Origin: Callorhinchus milii
Lineage: Eukaryota
Direction: 5' to 3'
Assembly (NCBI RefSeq): GCF_018977255.1
Contig: NW_024704749.1
Location: 3,100,001-3,164,000 of the forward strand
Length of the DNA stretch: 64,000 nucleotides
Part shown: piece by piece, positions 40,262-53,383 of the stretch
Numbering within the stretch: position 1 is the stretch's first letter
Layout of the letters: every line of letters starts with the position of its first letter
Position numbers and translations under genes: made by a program
Notes under the pieces: model-generated
What the model saw: the letters and a program-made list of their open reading frames with translations, nothing else
What the model was told of the DNA's origin: nothing
The model's database searches: none

Positions 40262-40905
40262 TATAAAACAACAAGATTATATCTGTATAGCGCCTTTCAT
40301 TTTGGGAGGACATCCCAAGGCGCTGGATGGACAATGTACAGCATTTCGGACCTGAGCTGGGGTTGGGGGGGAGAAGAGAGGGAAGGGGAAGGGGGTGGCC
40401 GATGGTCGAAGAGGAGGGTCTTGAGGCGGGACTTGAAAGAAGCTAAGGAGAGGGTAAGGCGGAGTGACTGGGGGATGGAATTCCAGAGATTGGAGGCAGA
40501 GTGGCTGAAGGCTCTCCCGCCAATGCTGGGGCGGGTGGGTCGGGGGACGTGGAGCAGGTCAGATCCGGCTGAGCAGAGGGAACGGGCGGGTTGGTAGGGG
40601 GTGAGGAGGTCACTGAGGTAGGGTGGGGCAAGGCCATGGATGTGAGGACCAGGATCCTGAATTGGATCCTCTGAAGGATAGGGAGCCAATGGAGTCGGGC
40701 GAGAGTGGGGGAGATAGGGTCATGGAATTTGGTGCGGGAGAGGACACGGGCTGCAGAGTTCTGGATTATCTGCAGTCTGTGGAGGGAGGAGTTGGGAAGG
40801 CCGACAAGCAGGACATTTGCATAGTCGAGCCTGGAGGTGATGAAGGCATGAACAAGAGTTTCAGCGGCCTGAGGGGTGAGGTAGTGGCGGAATCTCACCG
40901 GCTGC
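40262..40905 (-). mobile_element. L2 3' fragment
   Basis: [24 protein letters not shown] motifs and an L2 3' tail. Confidence 0.85.
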
Positions 40906-41433
40906 TTCCCATGCAAAATGTGAATAAGGGATCCCTCTCTATTTCAGCACTCACTTATAACATATAGTCACATTCTGCACATTCCAGTAAGTAAAAATAT
41001 CAGATATATCATTGGATCAAACTTATCTGTACTGTTCAACTAGTCATCCCATATGTCAGTACCACTCAACAAACTCTTGCAATGAGCGGCCTAGAGGGAA
41101 AAGGTTGCCCTCAGCCAGCCTTGCGCTTGTCTGTTTTGACGGAATAAAACTGTTCATCTATTGCAAGATCTATGAGTAGAAATTTTAGACCTGGAGGTTC
41201 TGTGAGGTTCTGACTGATTGTTAAAGTCTGAGTAATTCAGAATGTAGAAATGAACAAAATGAACAACAGGCTTTTTTAAAAAGCACATATGCCAACACAT
41301 AATCTTACATTGTACTCAACTTAAATGAGCTTTAACAAATAAACTGACAGTTGTGTGGTCCAATGCTGCTCTGTCACACTGACAGCTGCTCCCTCTGTGC
41401 ACAGTGTTCGTTCGTGTCGGTCCTCCTGGCCAC

Positions 41434-41448
41434 AGCGCCCCCTATTGG
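41434..41448 (-). promoter_or_regulatory. Candidate CTCF site
   Basis: Reverse complement CCAATAGGGGGCGCT is one mismatch from CCASYAGRKGGCRS. Confidence 0.6.
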
Positions 41449-42049
41449 CAGCGGAGATCTCAAGCCTCCGTTGTCAACCCCGATATAGTCACTGAGCTCT
41501 TTTCCCTTGGAGGGATGATATAACACAAGTTTTCTGTAATTAAATCTGTCACTTCATGGCTGTTTGAGGGACATTGCTGTGTGCAAATTGACTGCAAATT
41601 GACTGCAAATGCGCAGTCACTACATTTCACTGAAACTTGGTGAAGTGCTTTGAGACATTCTAATGTGATAGGCGCTATAACAAATGGAAGTACAATATTA
41701 TTATCACCTCAGCAGTTCTCATAGTGACGACTCAAGGAAATGTGACCACAGAACGTTGGAGAGCAAATCATTAAACACAATATTTTACAGGATGGTCCAA
41801 CCTTTTGGCAGCTGAGTGCCGGATGCCCGATTTGAGTAAGGTTCGCGGCCCACATCAGCAACATTTTTCTGTTTCCCTTCCAGAAATATAACAACATTTA
41901 GAGAGCACTTTTTTTCATTTCAGAACCATGTCATAAAGCATTCGACAATGGTAGCTGGGCACCTGAGCCGAGGGTGGGATCCGAAGGAGGCAGGAAGGCC
42001 AGGAGACAAGATGACCGAAAACACAGTCAAAGAGTTAGGTCTTGACATA

Positions 42050-44510
42050 TACCTTGAACAACAACAACAACAACAACAAAATTACATTTATAGAGCTCCC
42101 TCCATGTCGGAAGGAGGTTCCAAAGTGCTGAACAGTCAGGGGTCGGGACCTGAGCATTGGGGAGGGGAGGTACAGGGGTGAGGGAAGGCAGAGAGGTGGT
42201 AGGGCAACCAAAGGCACAATCGAAGAGAAGAGTCTTGAGACCGGCCTTGAAGGAGGCAAGGGAGGAAGTGAGGCAAAGGTACCGTGGGATGGAGTTCCAC
42301 AGTGTGGGGGCAGAAAGGCTGAAAGTCCAGCTACCAATGGTAGGGGGGGCTGGGCAGAACACATGGAGCAGACCGGAGCAGGCTGAACGGAGGGCGCGGG
42401 CAGGTTGGTAGGGAGTCAGCAGGTCAGAGAGGTACGAAGGGGCAAGGCCATGGATGTCCTTGAAAGTGAGGACGAGGATCTTCAATTCAATTCTCTGATG
42501 GATGGGGAGCCAGTGGAGTTGGGTGAGGTAGGAATGATGGGGTCACGGAGCCTGGTGGGTGAGAGTACATGAGCTGCAGTGTTTTGGATGATCTGCATCT
42601 TGTGAAAAGAAACATTTGGAAGGCCGATTTCCGTAATCGAGCCTTGATGTGATGAATGCATGGATAAGGGTTTCAGCAGCCTGAGGGGTGAGGCAGTGGC
42701 GGAGTCTGGTAATGTTGCTGCGGTGGTGGTAGGCAGTGCTGGTCATGGCGCGGATGTGTGGGAGAAAGGACAGTTCAGGGTCAAACAAGACACCCAGGTT
42801 CCTGACTGGGTCTGTGAAGTTGAGTGTGCAGCTGTGGATGCTGATACTGCCAGCGCCCGAAGTGTGGAGGCGCTGGCACGAGCCAATCAGGAGGGCCTCA
42901 GTCTTGCTGACGTTGAGTTGGATAAGGCTGTCCCTCGTCCAGGACTTAATGTCAGACAGGCAGTCGGTCAGGACGCCAGTCATCCAGGAGTTGAGGGTGG
43001 AGGCAAAGAGATAGAGTTGGGTGTCATCCGCATACATGTGGAAATTTACTCCATGTCTGCAGATGATGTCACCAAGGGGGAGCATGTAGAGGGTGAATAC
43101 GAGGAAACCGAGGACAGAGCCCTGAGGAACACCGCACAAGACAGTGCGGGGACTGGAGGAGAAGCCGTTTGCTGCGACAAAGTGGAGGCGGTGTGAAAGG
43201 TAAGACCTGAACCAGTCAAGGACGGAACCTTGAAAGTTGAGGTGGGAGGAGAGGCGGTGGAGGAGGATTGAATGGTCCACAGTGTCAAAGGCAGCAGAGA
43301 GGTTGAGGAGAACGAGGAGGCAGAGGGAGTCCTGGTTGCACATGGTCAGGATGTCGTTTGTGACCTTAACCAGAGCAGTTTCCATGCTGTGGGCAGCACA
43401 GAAACCCGATTGGAGGGAGTGAGAGGAGAGGGAAGAGAAGCTGGGAGGCAACAGCTCTCTCAAGGACCTTGGATAAGAAAGGAAGGTTTGAGATGGGCTG
43501 GTAGCTGGATAGCTGTAATGAGTCAAGGGAAGGTTTCTTCAAGGTGGGGGTGATAGTGGCTGTTTTGAGAGGGAAGGAATAGTGCCAGATGACAGGGAGA
43601 GGTTGATGATGTCAGCGAGTAGTGGGGCAAGGAGATGGAGCTGGGATTTAAGGAGAGAGGTGGGAATGGGATCCAGGGAGCAGGTGGTGGGCTTCATGGA
43701 GGATATGGTGGTAAAGACAGAAGAGGGGGTGACAGATGCAAAGGTGTGGAAGGAGGGACGGGTAGTTGTCAGAGTGTGGGTGGGGGTAGGGAGGGGGTAG
43801 ACGTTGGGAGGGCAGTGGCAGCTGAGTGGATTCCCTCAACTTTGGACTCGAGGAAGTCCAACATTTTCTCACAGAGGAAAGAATCTGCGAGGCATGGCGG
43901 GGAGGGCGGAGGAGCCGGTTAGTGGTGGAGAACAGGAGCCTGAGTTTGCCATTTGCCTCCAGGATTAACCTGGAATAGAAGCACGATTTGGCTGAGGCGA
44001 GAGCAGAGCGGTAGGTTTTGATGAGATCCAGCCAGATGTAGCGGTGGAGCTTTAAGCCGGATTTGAGCCAAGTGCGTTCAGCACCCCGCACCTGGCCTTT
44101 AAGCAAGTGGAGGTGGCTGGTGAACCAGGGTGATGATCAGGAATAGGAGGCAGCTCGGGAGGTGAGGGGGGCAAGGGCATCAAGTGTGGTGGAGAACGTG
44201 CTTTGGAGAAGAGTAAGCGCAGCGAGTGGGTTGATGCAAGAGGTGGGCCACAGTGGGAGTAGTTCAGCGGACTCCAGGGCAGCGGAGAGGGATTGCGGGG
44301 AGATCTTCCACAGGCGGTAGAAGAGGGGAGAGAGAGAGAGCGAGTTGGAGGGACTCTGGAAATGGAGCTCCAGAGAGTGGTGGCAAAATTGCGATGTTGG
44401 GGCAAATGGGATGGGGGAACATGAAGCAAGTGGGTGTTTGCTGGGTAAATGTAATGGCCGAGTCGAGAGATCACAGGGTAGGGTGGTGAGGGGAGATGAA
44501 GGCCGTAGAG
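42050..44510 (-). mobile_element. L2 LINE fragment (~2.5 kb)
   Basis: ORF 42543-43526 with [22 protein letters not shown] and YADDTQ. (AAC)n tail at ~42060. Confidence 0.9.
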
Positions 44511-44639
44511 GAGTTTCTCACTGGGGAAAGAGGGAGCTTGCTGTGAGGAAATGGCACAGTACAGCACGTCGCTCTGTGTCTGTCTTCAGAACCCATCCCC
44601 CCACCACCCCCACCCATGGTAGCTGTTAGTGAATCAAGA

Positions 44640-45070
44640 ATGCTGTCCTCACTTCCCTTCTCTCTCCTCTTCATTCCTCTCTCTCTCTGTTTGTCCCTCT
44701 TCCCCTCTTCCTCACACTCATTCTCTCTCAATCACTCTCCCTTTGACAATTAATCACTCTCTCCCCACCCACCCCCTCTCTCAATTATTCTCTCTCCGCT
44801 TTGCTCTCACACCCTCTCTCTCAATTTTCTCTTTCACCCATCTCTCCCAGTCATCCCCTCACATACTTTCATGTATACATTCTCTTCCTGCCCCTCTCTC
44901 ACACAAACTTGTTCTCTCAATTACACTCTTGCACTATCCTTTCACACTCTCTCTCTCCCCTCCAACACCCCCACCCCACCCCTTCACTTTCTCTCTCATC
45001 CCATCCCCTCTCCTCTCTCTCTCAATCACTCTCACATCTCCTCTCTACATTTCTCTCAATCACACATTCT
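44640..45070. repeat. CT/CA-rich low-complexity tract
   Basis: Degenerate ctctctc/cacac repeats. Confidence 0.9.
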
Positions 45071-45449
45071 GACTATCTGCCAGCGGAAACAGTCGCTCTC
45101 CCGACTGCGCATGCAGGAGGCTCACTATTTGGCAGCGGCAGGAGCCAGCTTGGGAGCACGTAGTGGATAAGGAAACCAGCTTGCCTTTCCATCAGCTCTG
45201 GAGGGACTTCCTGACGCAATGTAGTGCATTGAGCAGTGGGAGTGGAAGTAAAACTGCCCATTGTTGCAGGGTATCAAGGACATCTTCTGAAGCTGAGTGG
45301 GAGGCAAGCACATCTTCTGACCAACCACCCGCCAGCTCCTGCCACTGCTATGGCAAAATGGTTCAGCAGGAAGGGAGGGAATGGTTGGGCTGGATGAAAT
45401 CTTCCCCTGGGGTGGATGAAATCTTCCCCAGTTTCACTACTGTGGATTA

Positions 45450-46320
45450 TAATATTAACTGAACAGATATGGTTGCATGTTCTCGTAGACATAGACAGAT
45501 TGGTAAAATGGGCAGACACGTGGCAGATGAAGTTCAATGTGGAGAAATGCGAAGTGATTCATTTTGGGAGGAGGAATGAGAAGAGGCAATATAAGCTGAT
45601 GGTACAATCTTAAAGGGGATGAAGGAACAGAGAGACCTGGGGTTCATATAAGTAAAGCTTTGAAGGTGGAGGGACAGATAGATAAAGCTGTTAAAAAAGC
45701 ATACGGGACACTTGGCTTTATAAATCGGGGCATAAAATACAAAAGTGAGGAAGTTATGGTGAACCTTTATAAAACAATGGTTAGGCCTCGGCTAGAGTAC
45801 TGTGTTCAGTTCTGGCACCACACTTTAGGAAGGAGAGGGTGCAAAGGAGATTTACCAGGATGGTACCAGGAATGATGGACTTCAGTTATCAGGAAAGGCT
45901 GGAGAAGCTTGGAGTATTCTCCTTGGAGCAGAGGAGGTTAAGAGGAGATTTAACAGAAGTTTTCAAAATTATGAGGGGATTCGATAGGGTGAACAAGGAG
46001 AAACTATTTCCACTAGTGGTTGGGTCGGTAACCCGAGGACACCAATTTAAAATAGATAAAAGAAACAGAAGGGAGGTGAAGAGAAATGTTTTTTTACACA
46101 GCGAGTGGCTCGGATCTGGAATGCATTGCCTGAAAGGATGGTGGAAGCCGATTCAATAACAGCTTTTAAGAGAGATAATTATTTGGTGAGGACAAGTTTG
46201 CAGGGCAATGTGGAGAGAGCGGGCGAGTGGGATTCAATTGGAAAAGCTCTTTTCAAAAAGCCGGCACAGACACGATGGGCTGAATGACCTCCTTCTGTGC
46301 TGTATGATTCTATGATTCTC
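45450..46320 (+). mobile_element. CR1 3' fragment
   Basis: WADTWQMKFNVEKC and RPRLEYCVQFW motifs. Tail atgattctatgattct. Confidence 0.88.
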
Positions 46321-46599
46321 CCTCTATCACAGAATCCTTTGAATTGTTGAAAAGTGCTATATCAAGTTTAAGATTATTAGGGATTATTATTATCTACAAA
46401 ATCTAGATAATAGCTCTCCTCAGCCATGGCAAGCTATACCAATTTTCTCAACAACTGTGGCAAGATATGGGGATTTTAGACTTTTTTGTGTCATTATTCT
46501 AAGACTCTTCTTTTAAAGGTTAAAACATAAAGTTTTTTTATATGGATGTATTTTGCATATTGTTTTGAAGGTGGGAGCTGAATTCCATGCTTTTCGACT

Positions 46600-49575
46600 T
46601 AGTGCTCAGAGAATACTGGGAGGGGAGTCAGGACAGAGCGGAGGCGGAGGCAGTGGCTGAGGTAAGATAGGAATTGTCGGAGCTACAGAAAAACGAAAAG
46701 TGACGTTGGTGTGACGTCATTTTCAACAGCAGAACCAGGGAGACATCGACAAACAAGGAACTGTCAGAAACTACAACACTGACGACAAATAAAAAGAAAA
46801 AAGAAAAAATATATATATTGAAAACACTGTGTGAGAAGATGATGTGGCAAGTGAAATGCCAGGACTGTGACATGGGGGAGTTAATGGAGGGCACCCTGAG
46901 CCCGGGTAACTTCATCTGCGGTAAGTGTCTGCAACTCAGGAAGCTCCAGCTGAGAGTAGTTGAGCTGGAAGCTGAGGTGCAGATACTGCGCTCCATCAGG
47001 GACAGTGAGAGGTTCCTGGACAGTATGATGGAGGAAACCATCACTCCCCTGAAGCTCGGGAGATGCTTGCATCTGGTTAGTGGTCAGGGACAGGATAGTT
47101 TTATCAGTCCTGCAGATAATGGAACCCCTGAGAGTGGGTGATGGAGCCTTGGGCTTCAAACTTGTACAACGGATGTGAGGTTTTAAAGGACCAGACACTT
47201 CAGGAGGTGGTCATCCCACAGCCACTGAGGGTTCAGATGGAAAATGACTGGGTGACTGTCCGGCATGGTAGGAAGAGGGGACAGGCTGGGCAGAATGCCC
47301 CCAATAGCGTAGCACTTGCAAACCGATACTCTATACTGAACATTGAGAGTGTTGATAGCTCCAGGGAGGACAGTAAAAACCAATTGGTTGAACAGGAGGA
47401 CATAGGTAACAGGAGCAATGCTATTGTCACAGGGGATACAACAGTGAGAGGTATAGACAGGCATTTCTGTAACAGAAGACGGGAGTCAAAGATGGTATGT
47501 TGCCTCCCTGGTGCAACGGTCTTAGACATCATGGAATGGGTGGATAAAATTCTTCAGGGGGAAGGGGAACATCCAGAAGTGGTGATCCACGTTGGGATCC
47601 ATGATATTGGTTAAAAAAAGAGGCAAATGTCAATCCCAAGATACAGAAGACAATCAAACAGAATACAGGAAGTACAGAAGAGAACTGAAAAAGGAAATAA
47701 GAGGGGAAAAAAGGTTACACAAAAAAGGTAGCGGGTAACATTAAAGAGAATCCTAAAATATTTTACAAACATATCAAGAAAAAAACGTTAGTCAAAGGTA
47801 GGGTGGAGTTAATTAAGGACCAAGGCGGAAATCTTATTGTGGAGGCAGAGGACATGGCTGATGTACTGAATGAGTACTTTGCATCTGTCTTCACAAAAGA
47901 AGTGGATGCACCAAATGCCACGTATCGGAGGAGAGGGGAGAGGAAATGGATAGAATAATTATAAAAGAAGAGGAAGTACTGAAAAGGTTGACTGGACTCA
48001 AGGTAGATAAGTCGCCCGGTCCGGACGGGATGCAGCCAAGGGTACTATGGGAGGCATGGGTACAAATAGCGGAGGCTTTTTCGATCTTCGTTGGACACAG
48101 GAGTGGTGCCGGAGGACTGGAGAGTGGCAAATGTTACTCCCCTGTACAAAAAGGGACAGGAGGACAAACCTGGGAACTACAGGCCAGTCAGCCTAACATC
48201 AGTTAGTGGGGAAACTCCTGGAGACTATAATCCGGGACAGAATAAATCTTCATTTAGAAGAATATGGGTTAATTAGGGACAGCCAGCATGGATTTGTTAA
48301 AGGCAAATCTTGTCTAACAAATCTAATAGAATTTTTCGATGAGGTAACGGAGAGGGTGGATAAAGGTAGTGCAGTTGATGTAGTTTATATGGACTTTCAA
48401 AAGGCATTTGACAAAGTGCCACATGAAAGACTTGTAAGAAAGATAGAAGCCCATGGTATAAAAGGAATAGTGGCAGCGGATCCAGAGCTGACTGGGAGAC
48501 AGAAACCAGAGAGTTGTGGTGAACGGCTGCTTTTCTACCTGGAGAGGGAAGTGTACAGTGGCGTCCCCCAGGGATCGGTATTAGGACCACTGGCCTTCTT
48601 AATATACAAAAATGATCTGGACTTGGGTATAGCAAGTACCATTTCCAAGTTTGCGGACGACACAAAGTTAAGTAGGGTGGTAAACAGTGAGAAGGATAGT
48701 AGCCAACTGCAGGAAGACATAGACAGAATGGTAAAATGGGCAGACACATGGCAGATAAATTTCAATGTGGAGAAATGCGAGGTAATGCATTTTGGAAGAA
48801 AGAATGAGGGGAGGCAATATAGGCTGGTAATACAATCTTAACTGGGGTGAAAGAACAGAGAGACCTGGGGTGCAGGTAAATGAATCCTTGAAGGTGGCAG
48901 GACAGGTAGATAAAGCTGTAAAAAGGGCATATGGGATACTAGGCTTTATAAATAGGGGCATAGAGTACAAGAGTCAGGAGGTTATGATTAACCTATATAA
49001 AACACTGGTTAGGCCTCAGTTAGAATACTGCGCCCAGTTCTGGGCACCACACTATAGGAAGGATGTTAAGGCATTGGAAAGGGTGCAGAGGAGATTTACA
49101 AGAATGGTATCAGGAATGAGGGACCTTGATGTGAGGAAAGGCTAGAGAGGATAGGATTATTCTCATTGGAGCAGAGAAGGTTACGAGGAGCCCTAATAGA
49201 GGTTTTCAAAATTATGAGGGGATTTGATAGGTTAGAAAGGGAAAAACTGTTTCCACTAGTGGGTGTGTCGGTGACTCGAGATCACAAATTTAAAATAGTT
49301 TCTAAAAGAAGCAGAGGGGAAGTAAGAAGAATTTTTTTCACGCAGCGAGTTGTTTGAATCTGGAATGCTTTGTCTGAAAGGGTGGTAGAGGCCGATTCGA
49401 TAACAACTTTTAAAAATACGGAGGACAGGTATTTGAGGAAGATGAGTCTGCAGGGTTATGGGGAAAGGGCTGGGGAGTAGGGTTGACATTACATTGCTCT
49501 TTTCAAAGAGCCGGCACAGACTCGATGGGCCGAATGGCCTCTTTTTGTGCTGTACGATTCTATGATTCTATTCTA
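46600..49575 (+). mobile_element. CR1 LINE with ORF1 (zinc finger-leucine zipper plus esterase) and internally deleted ORF2
   Basis: CQDC...ICGKCLQLRKLQLRVVELE. Esterase-like GDTTVRG...VIHVGIHDIG. RT motifs [17 protein letters not shown] and FADDTK. Tail tatgattctattctatg. Confidence 0.9.
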
Positions 49576-51172
49576 TGAATTCATGCATAAAAGTTTGTAA
49601 TGCTCGTTCTTTGCTTCCTTATCTTTTCTGTTCATTCACAACACAACAGCAATATATGACATCTGTTGGAGGAATGTAATGTGGACATTAGCAGCTAAGT
49701 AATCTTAGCCAACAATGAAATGTTTTTTTGAATCCCATATTTATTATTTCATCATAAGGTCCCATTGCCCCTCAGTAGGTCATGTCTGTTGGTAGAATTC
49801 AGGTCTATTGACTCATTTTGATCCTCTGAGAACCAAGAGCAATCAAAAGCCTTCAAACATAACTATTAAAGAGATTCAATTAATGTTTCAACAGGACTTC
49901 CATATTATTTTCTGTGCAAACAAGGGAGTCTAATTTCTAAAAAAAAAATTAATTACACTGCATATATACATTGACTTCAAATTCCTTCCGTCAACTATTT
50001 TTACTCTGCAATCACAGAATTCCCCCTAACCACCCACCATATTCTATAATGTTCCCCCTCTTTAATAATCCATCCCATTGACAGCAATTGCCTTTGAAAT
50101 GCTATGACACATTTTGACATTCTAGGCGCTATAACAAATGGAAGGCTTATATATTAATAACATAAAATTCCCTTTTAAAAGATTTATCAGCTTTCTCAAC
50201 TATAGTTTGGAGGAAATAATTCTACATTCTCATCAACTATTGTGTAAATATATTTTCTCATCTCTAATTATTTTTCTAAATATATTAAATATGTACCTAA
50301 CAGTTACTGATAAGTGGAAATGATCTGTTATCATTAATCCTATCATAACTCACCATAATCGTGACAGATAGTTTCAGGCAGGAATAAACCATTGGTCATT
50401 TTTGCCTACCCATCCAACTTTCCAAAAGATTCCTTTATCTCATCACCCAATAACCCTACATGCTTTTAATTATCAGGAATTTCCCTAGTTCTTTGCTTAA
50501 ACTAGTCATGACCCTTTCCTCTTGCCTGAAAGTGCCACAGGCTTCTCACCCTTGTATTTTTACATTATTTACCTATATTTTCCATTCACTCATGTCATCC
50601 TTATTTTGAAGCTTAGAACTCTTCTTTTTGAACTTAGCTGTATTGAAATTACAATTTCATAATTTCAAAGATCTCCCATCTCTTTTCAAGCGGGGAAAAG
50701 TTCCAGGCTGGCCAATCTTTCCCTATAGCTCTGTCCCTCTCTGAAGTTAATCAAGTGGGCCTTTTCTGAATTTACCTTCGCACATATCAGTCCCATGTTT
50801 CTCTGACTGTTGTGAGAACAGAGAGAGCGAACATGTTGATTGCAGAGGCAGCAGTCTATTCAGCCAGTAGGATCTGCTTTATACGTGTTAAACTACATGG
50901 GTAGAATGAGATGCCTTGTGTGAACATACAATAGATACATGCATGCTTTCCTTGTGAAGATGACCTGATAATTCCCACCTGTAACCTCTACCATACAATA
51001 AAATCTAACGGGCATAGAGAAAAGCTGCCAATCTGCTGGTCGACACGGTTACAATATATTGATAATTACTATAAGTCATTACTGGATGTCGGTGAGAAAT
51101 GAAGGAAGTAGATCTGTTGGGAGCCATCGCACAGAGAAATAAAGTAAATCAGATGGGCAGACTGGGAGGGGG

Positions 51173-51180
51173 ATTTGCAT
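51173..51180 (+). promoter_or_regulatory. Ig light-chain octamer of the plus-strand gene
   Basis: ATTTGCAT 138 bp upstream of the ATG. Context atttgcataactaag parallels atttgcataatttaag of unit B. Confidence 0.88.
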
Positions 51181-51317
51181 AACTAAGTGAATGCAAAGTG
51201 AAGAGCGGTGGGTTTCACGGTGCTCTTAAGGAGAAGCTCACAAGGAGCCCACGAACCAGCTTCGCATCAGGAAAGACATCTTTTTTTTCGTTGCGGATCT
51301 TCATCAGACTCTTCGCA

Positions 51318-51366
51318 ATGAGCGAGTGGCTTGGAGTTCTGTCCGCCCTCCTGCTCTGTCTGCACG
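51318..51366 (+). CDS. Leader exon of divergent plus-strand light chain
   Basis: MSEWLGVLSALLLCLH+G, phase-1 donor gtgagg at 51367. Homologous to the unit B leader. Confidence 0.9.
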
Positions 51367-51707
51367 GTGAGGACCGCGCTGCGGAATCCCACGGTGGAAA
51401 ACCGGATTGGGGGCATTGACTCACGAAGCTATGCTCGGATTTTTTCTTGCTGCTTCTAACGGGACACAGAGCTTTAACTCAAAACATACGAAATCGTGTA
51501 ATTTCTCCATCGCTTGTCAGTTGGGTGTGACTTGTAAGGAATTTTAGGAGCGTTTTATGATCGCTTTAGCAAAAAAAAAATAGGTGACTATTCGCGAAGG
51601 AAAATGTGGATGTTCTTTACGCTTTGCTTTCTGGGCGGATTTAACGATAACAACTTGCATTTACATTTGTAACATTTGGATTTAACAATGTATTCTTTAA
51701 TCAGCAG

Positions 51708-52036
51708 ATGCCAGTGGACAGTTGACCCTAACTGTGCGCCGGGAGAAAAGATCACACTGGATTGTGCAGTGCGGGGTGTCAGCCTCTCAAAGAGGTATGT
51801 GTACTGGTTACAACAGAAAGGTGGCGGCGCTCCGCGGTTCGTGGTGAAAGGCAACGCTACCAGAGGCTCCGGGATTCCAGACAGATTCTCTGGTCTTGAA
51901 GACGAAAGCACAAATGTTGGACGTTTGATTATCCAAAGTGTGCAGGCGGATGATGCCGCCGACTATTTCTGTTATACATCCACCGAAAACGACGACGCCA
52001 GAGCCTTCGGTGGCGGCACTAAACTGAATGTTCTGG
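51708..52036 (+). pseudogene. Joined V-J exon of a divergent lambda-like light chain with a frameshifting ~19-nt FR1 deletion (possibly rescued by a cryptic acceptor at 51721)
   Basis: APGEKITLDC...YVYWLQQK...GIPDRFSG...DDAADYFC-YTSTENDDARA-FGGGTKLNVL, donor gtaagt at 52037. From the natural acceptor (51707) the exon is 329 nt, not a multiple of 3. Confidence 0.8.
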
Positions 52037-53383
52037 GTAAGTGAAACATTTTTATCTGATGGGACCTGCAATTTTGTTCACAACTTTTTTTTTGTGCTTT
52101 CTTTTTTTACCCGCACTGCTTTCCCTCTTTGTCCACTTACTTGGCTAAACCCTCTCGTTATCCCCGTGGGAAACGTGTACTCTGTACTCACAGCAAGTAA
52201 ACCTTGACATTATTGTGCTGTTTCCTCCAGTTGTGCCCTTGGCAAGGAACCTTTGTTTTAAGATTGCCTTTCTAATCACTTACCTCTCTTTTGCTCCTCT
52301 CGCTCTCATGGACTTTCTTTCCAAGCGTTGACAATCTTGCTCTCGAACTGTATTAATTTATCCCTTGTAAACCTTCATCCACTCACCTTAATTTTTCACA
52401 ACAGGAATCAACATTAACCAGGGAAACTTTAGTTAAGAACACCAGTTCCCAATTTCTGGACTAAATGTTTCACTTGTTATCTTTCACAAGGATAGGTGCG
52501 GATAACGAAAGCCGTTACAAAATTATGGAAAATCATTCATGGGACATTTTGGTTCACGTGCGACTTTTGGGCAATCCAATGAACCTTCATCGTTATTTTT
52601 ATTCCCTGTTGGATATTTACCGTGAAAGGCGCGGGGTGTGCATTTTCAATGAAAACACTTTTTGTTTCATTGACAAACGCAATGCGTATTGTCTTTTTAA
52701 TGCAATAAATTAAGTATTTAACAAAGGTTTTTTTTTGACAAAGGTTATATTACACTTGACTGATTTCAGACAATCTCACGTGTGTCCTCAAAAAGCATAG
52801 ATGTAATCGGGTACAGATATAACAATCAACGCGAAAGTATTCCTCTCCAAAATCAACAGGTTTAGAGAAAAGGCACAGCGAATGCAGAATGCAGCCGCAT
52901 AAAATTCCTGTGTTGGTTTGAATTCCGATCCAGAGTTACTTTAAACGAAATGTTAAACTTCCTATATTGTGATGTAAATCATTGTGGGACATTACTCGCG
53001 ATGTATTTGTATTTGTCAAATGCAACCCAAATATATTGATATGTTTTGCTCCCCTGTGCATTTCACCAGAATTAATTCAGTTTGCCTCTATCTCTACAGT
53101 GAATCTTGCGAAGCGCACTGAAACATTTCGACGATTTAATACGGAGTTTTATCCAATGCGAGGAATATTATTATTATTATTATTATTATTAATAATTGGT
53201 CAGACCGCTGAATGACAAAACAACACAATTATAAATCTGTTTAATTCACAGTTAGTTTGCTTCGATTAAAAAAAAAATTAAAAACATTCTAAACCTCCTA
53301 CAGTGTTCAGATGATGCGGTTAAACCATGTTCCTTGAAATGTTTGGTTTAAACATGAACTAACTCATACGATCTTTATTTCAG

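Noticed and set aside
41400-41440. CACAGTG heptamer as a possible RSS
   Set aside because: No ACAAAAACC-like nonamer at 12 or 23 nt and no adjacent V or J.
44629-45170. ORFs in CT- and GA-rich tracts (also 37150-37609)
   Set aside because: Low-complexity artefacts.
51676-51707. ORF-track start MDLTMYSLISRC of the 122-aa ORF
   Set aside because: Intronic read-through upstream of the splice acceptor. The real start is the leader exon at 51318.
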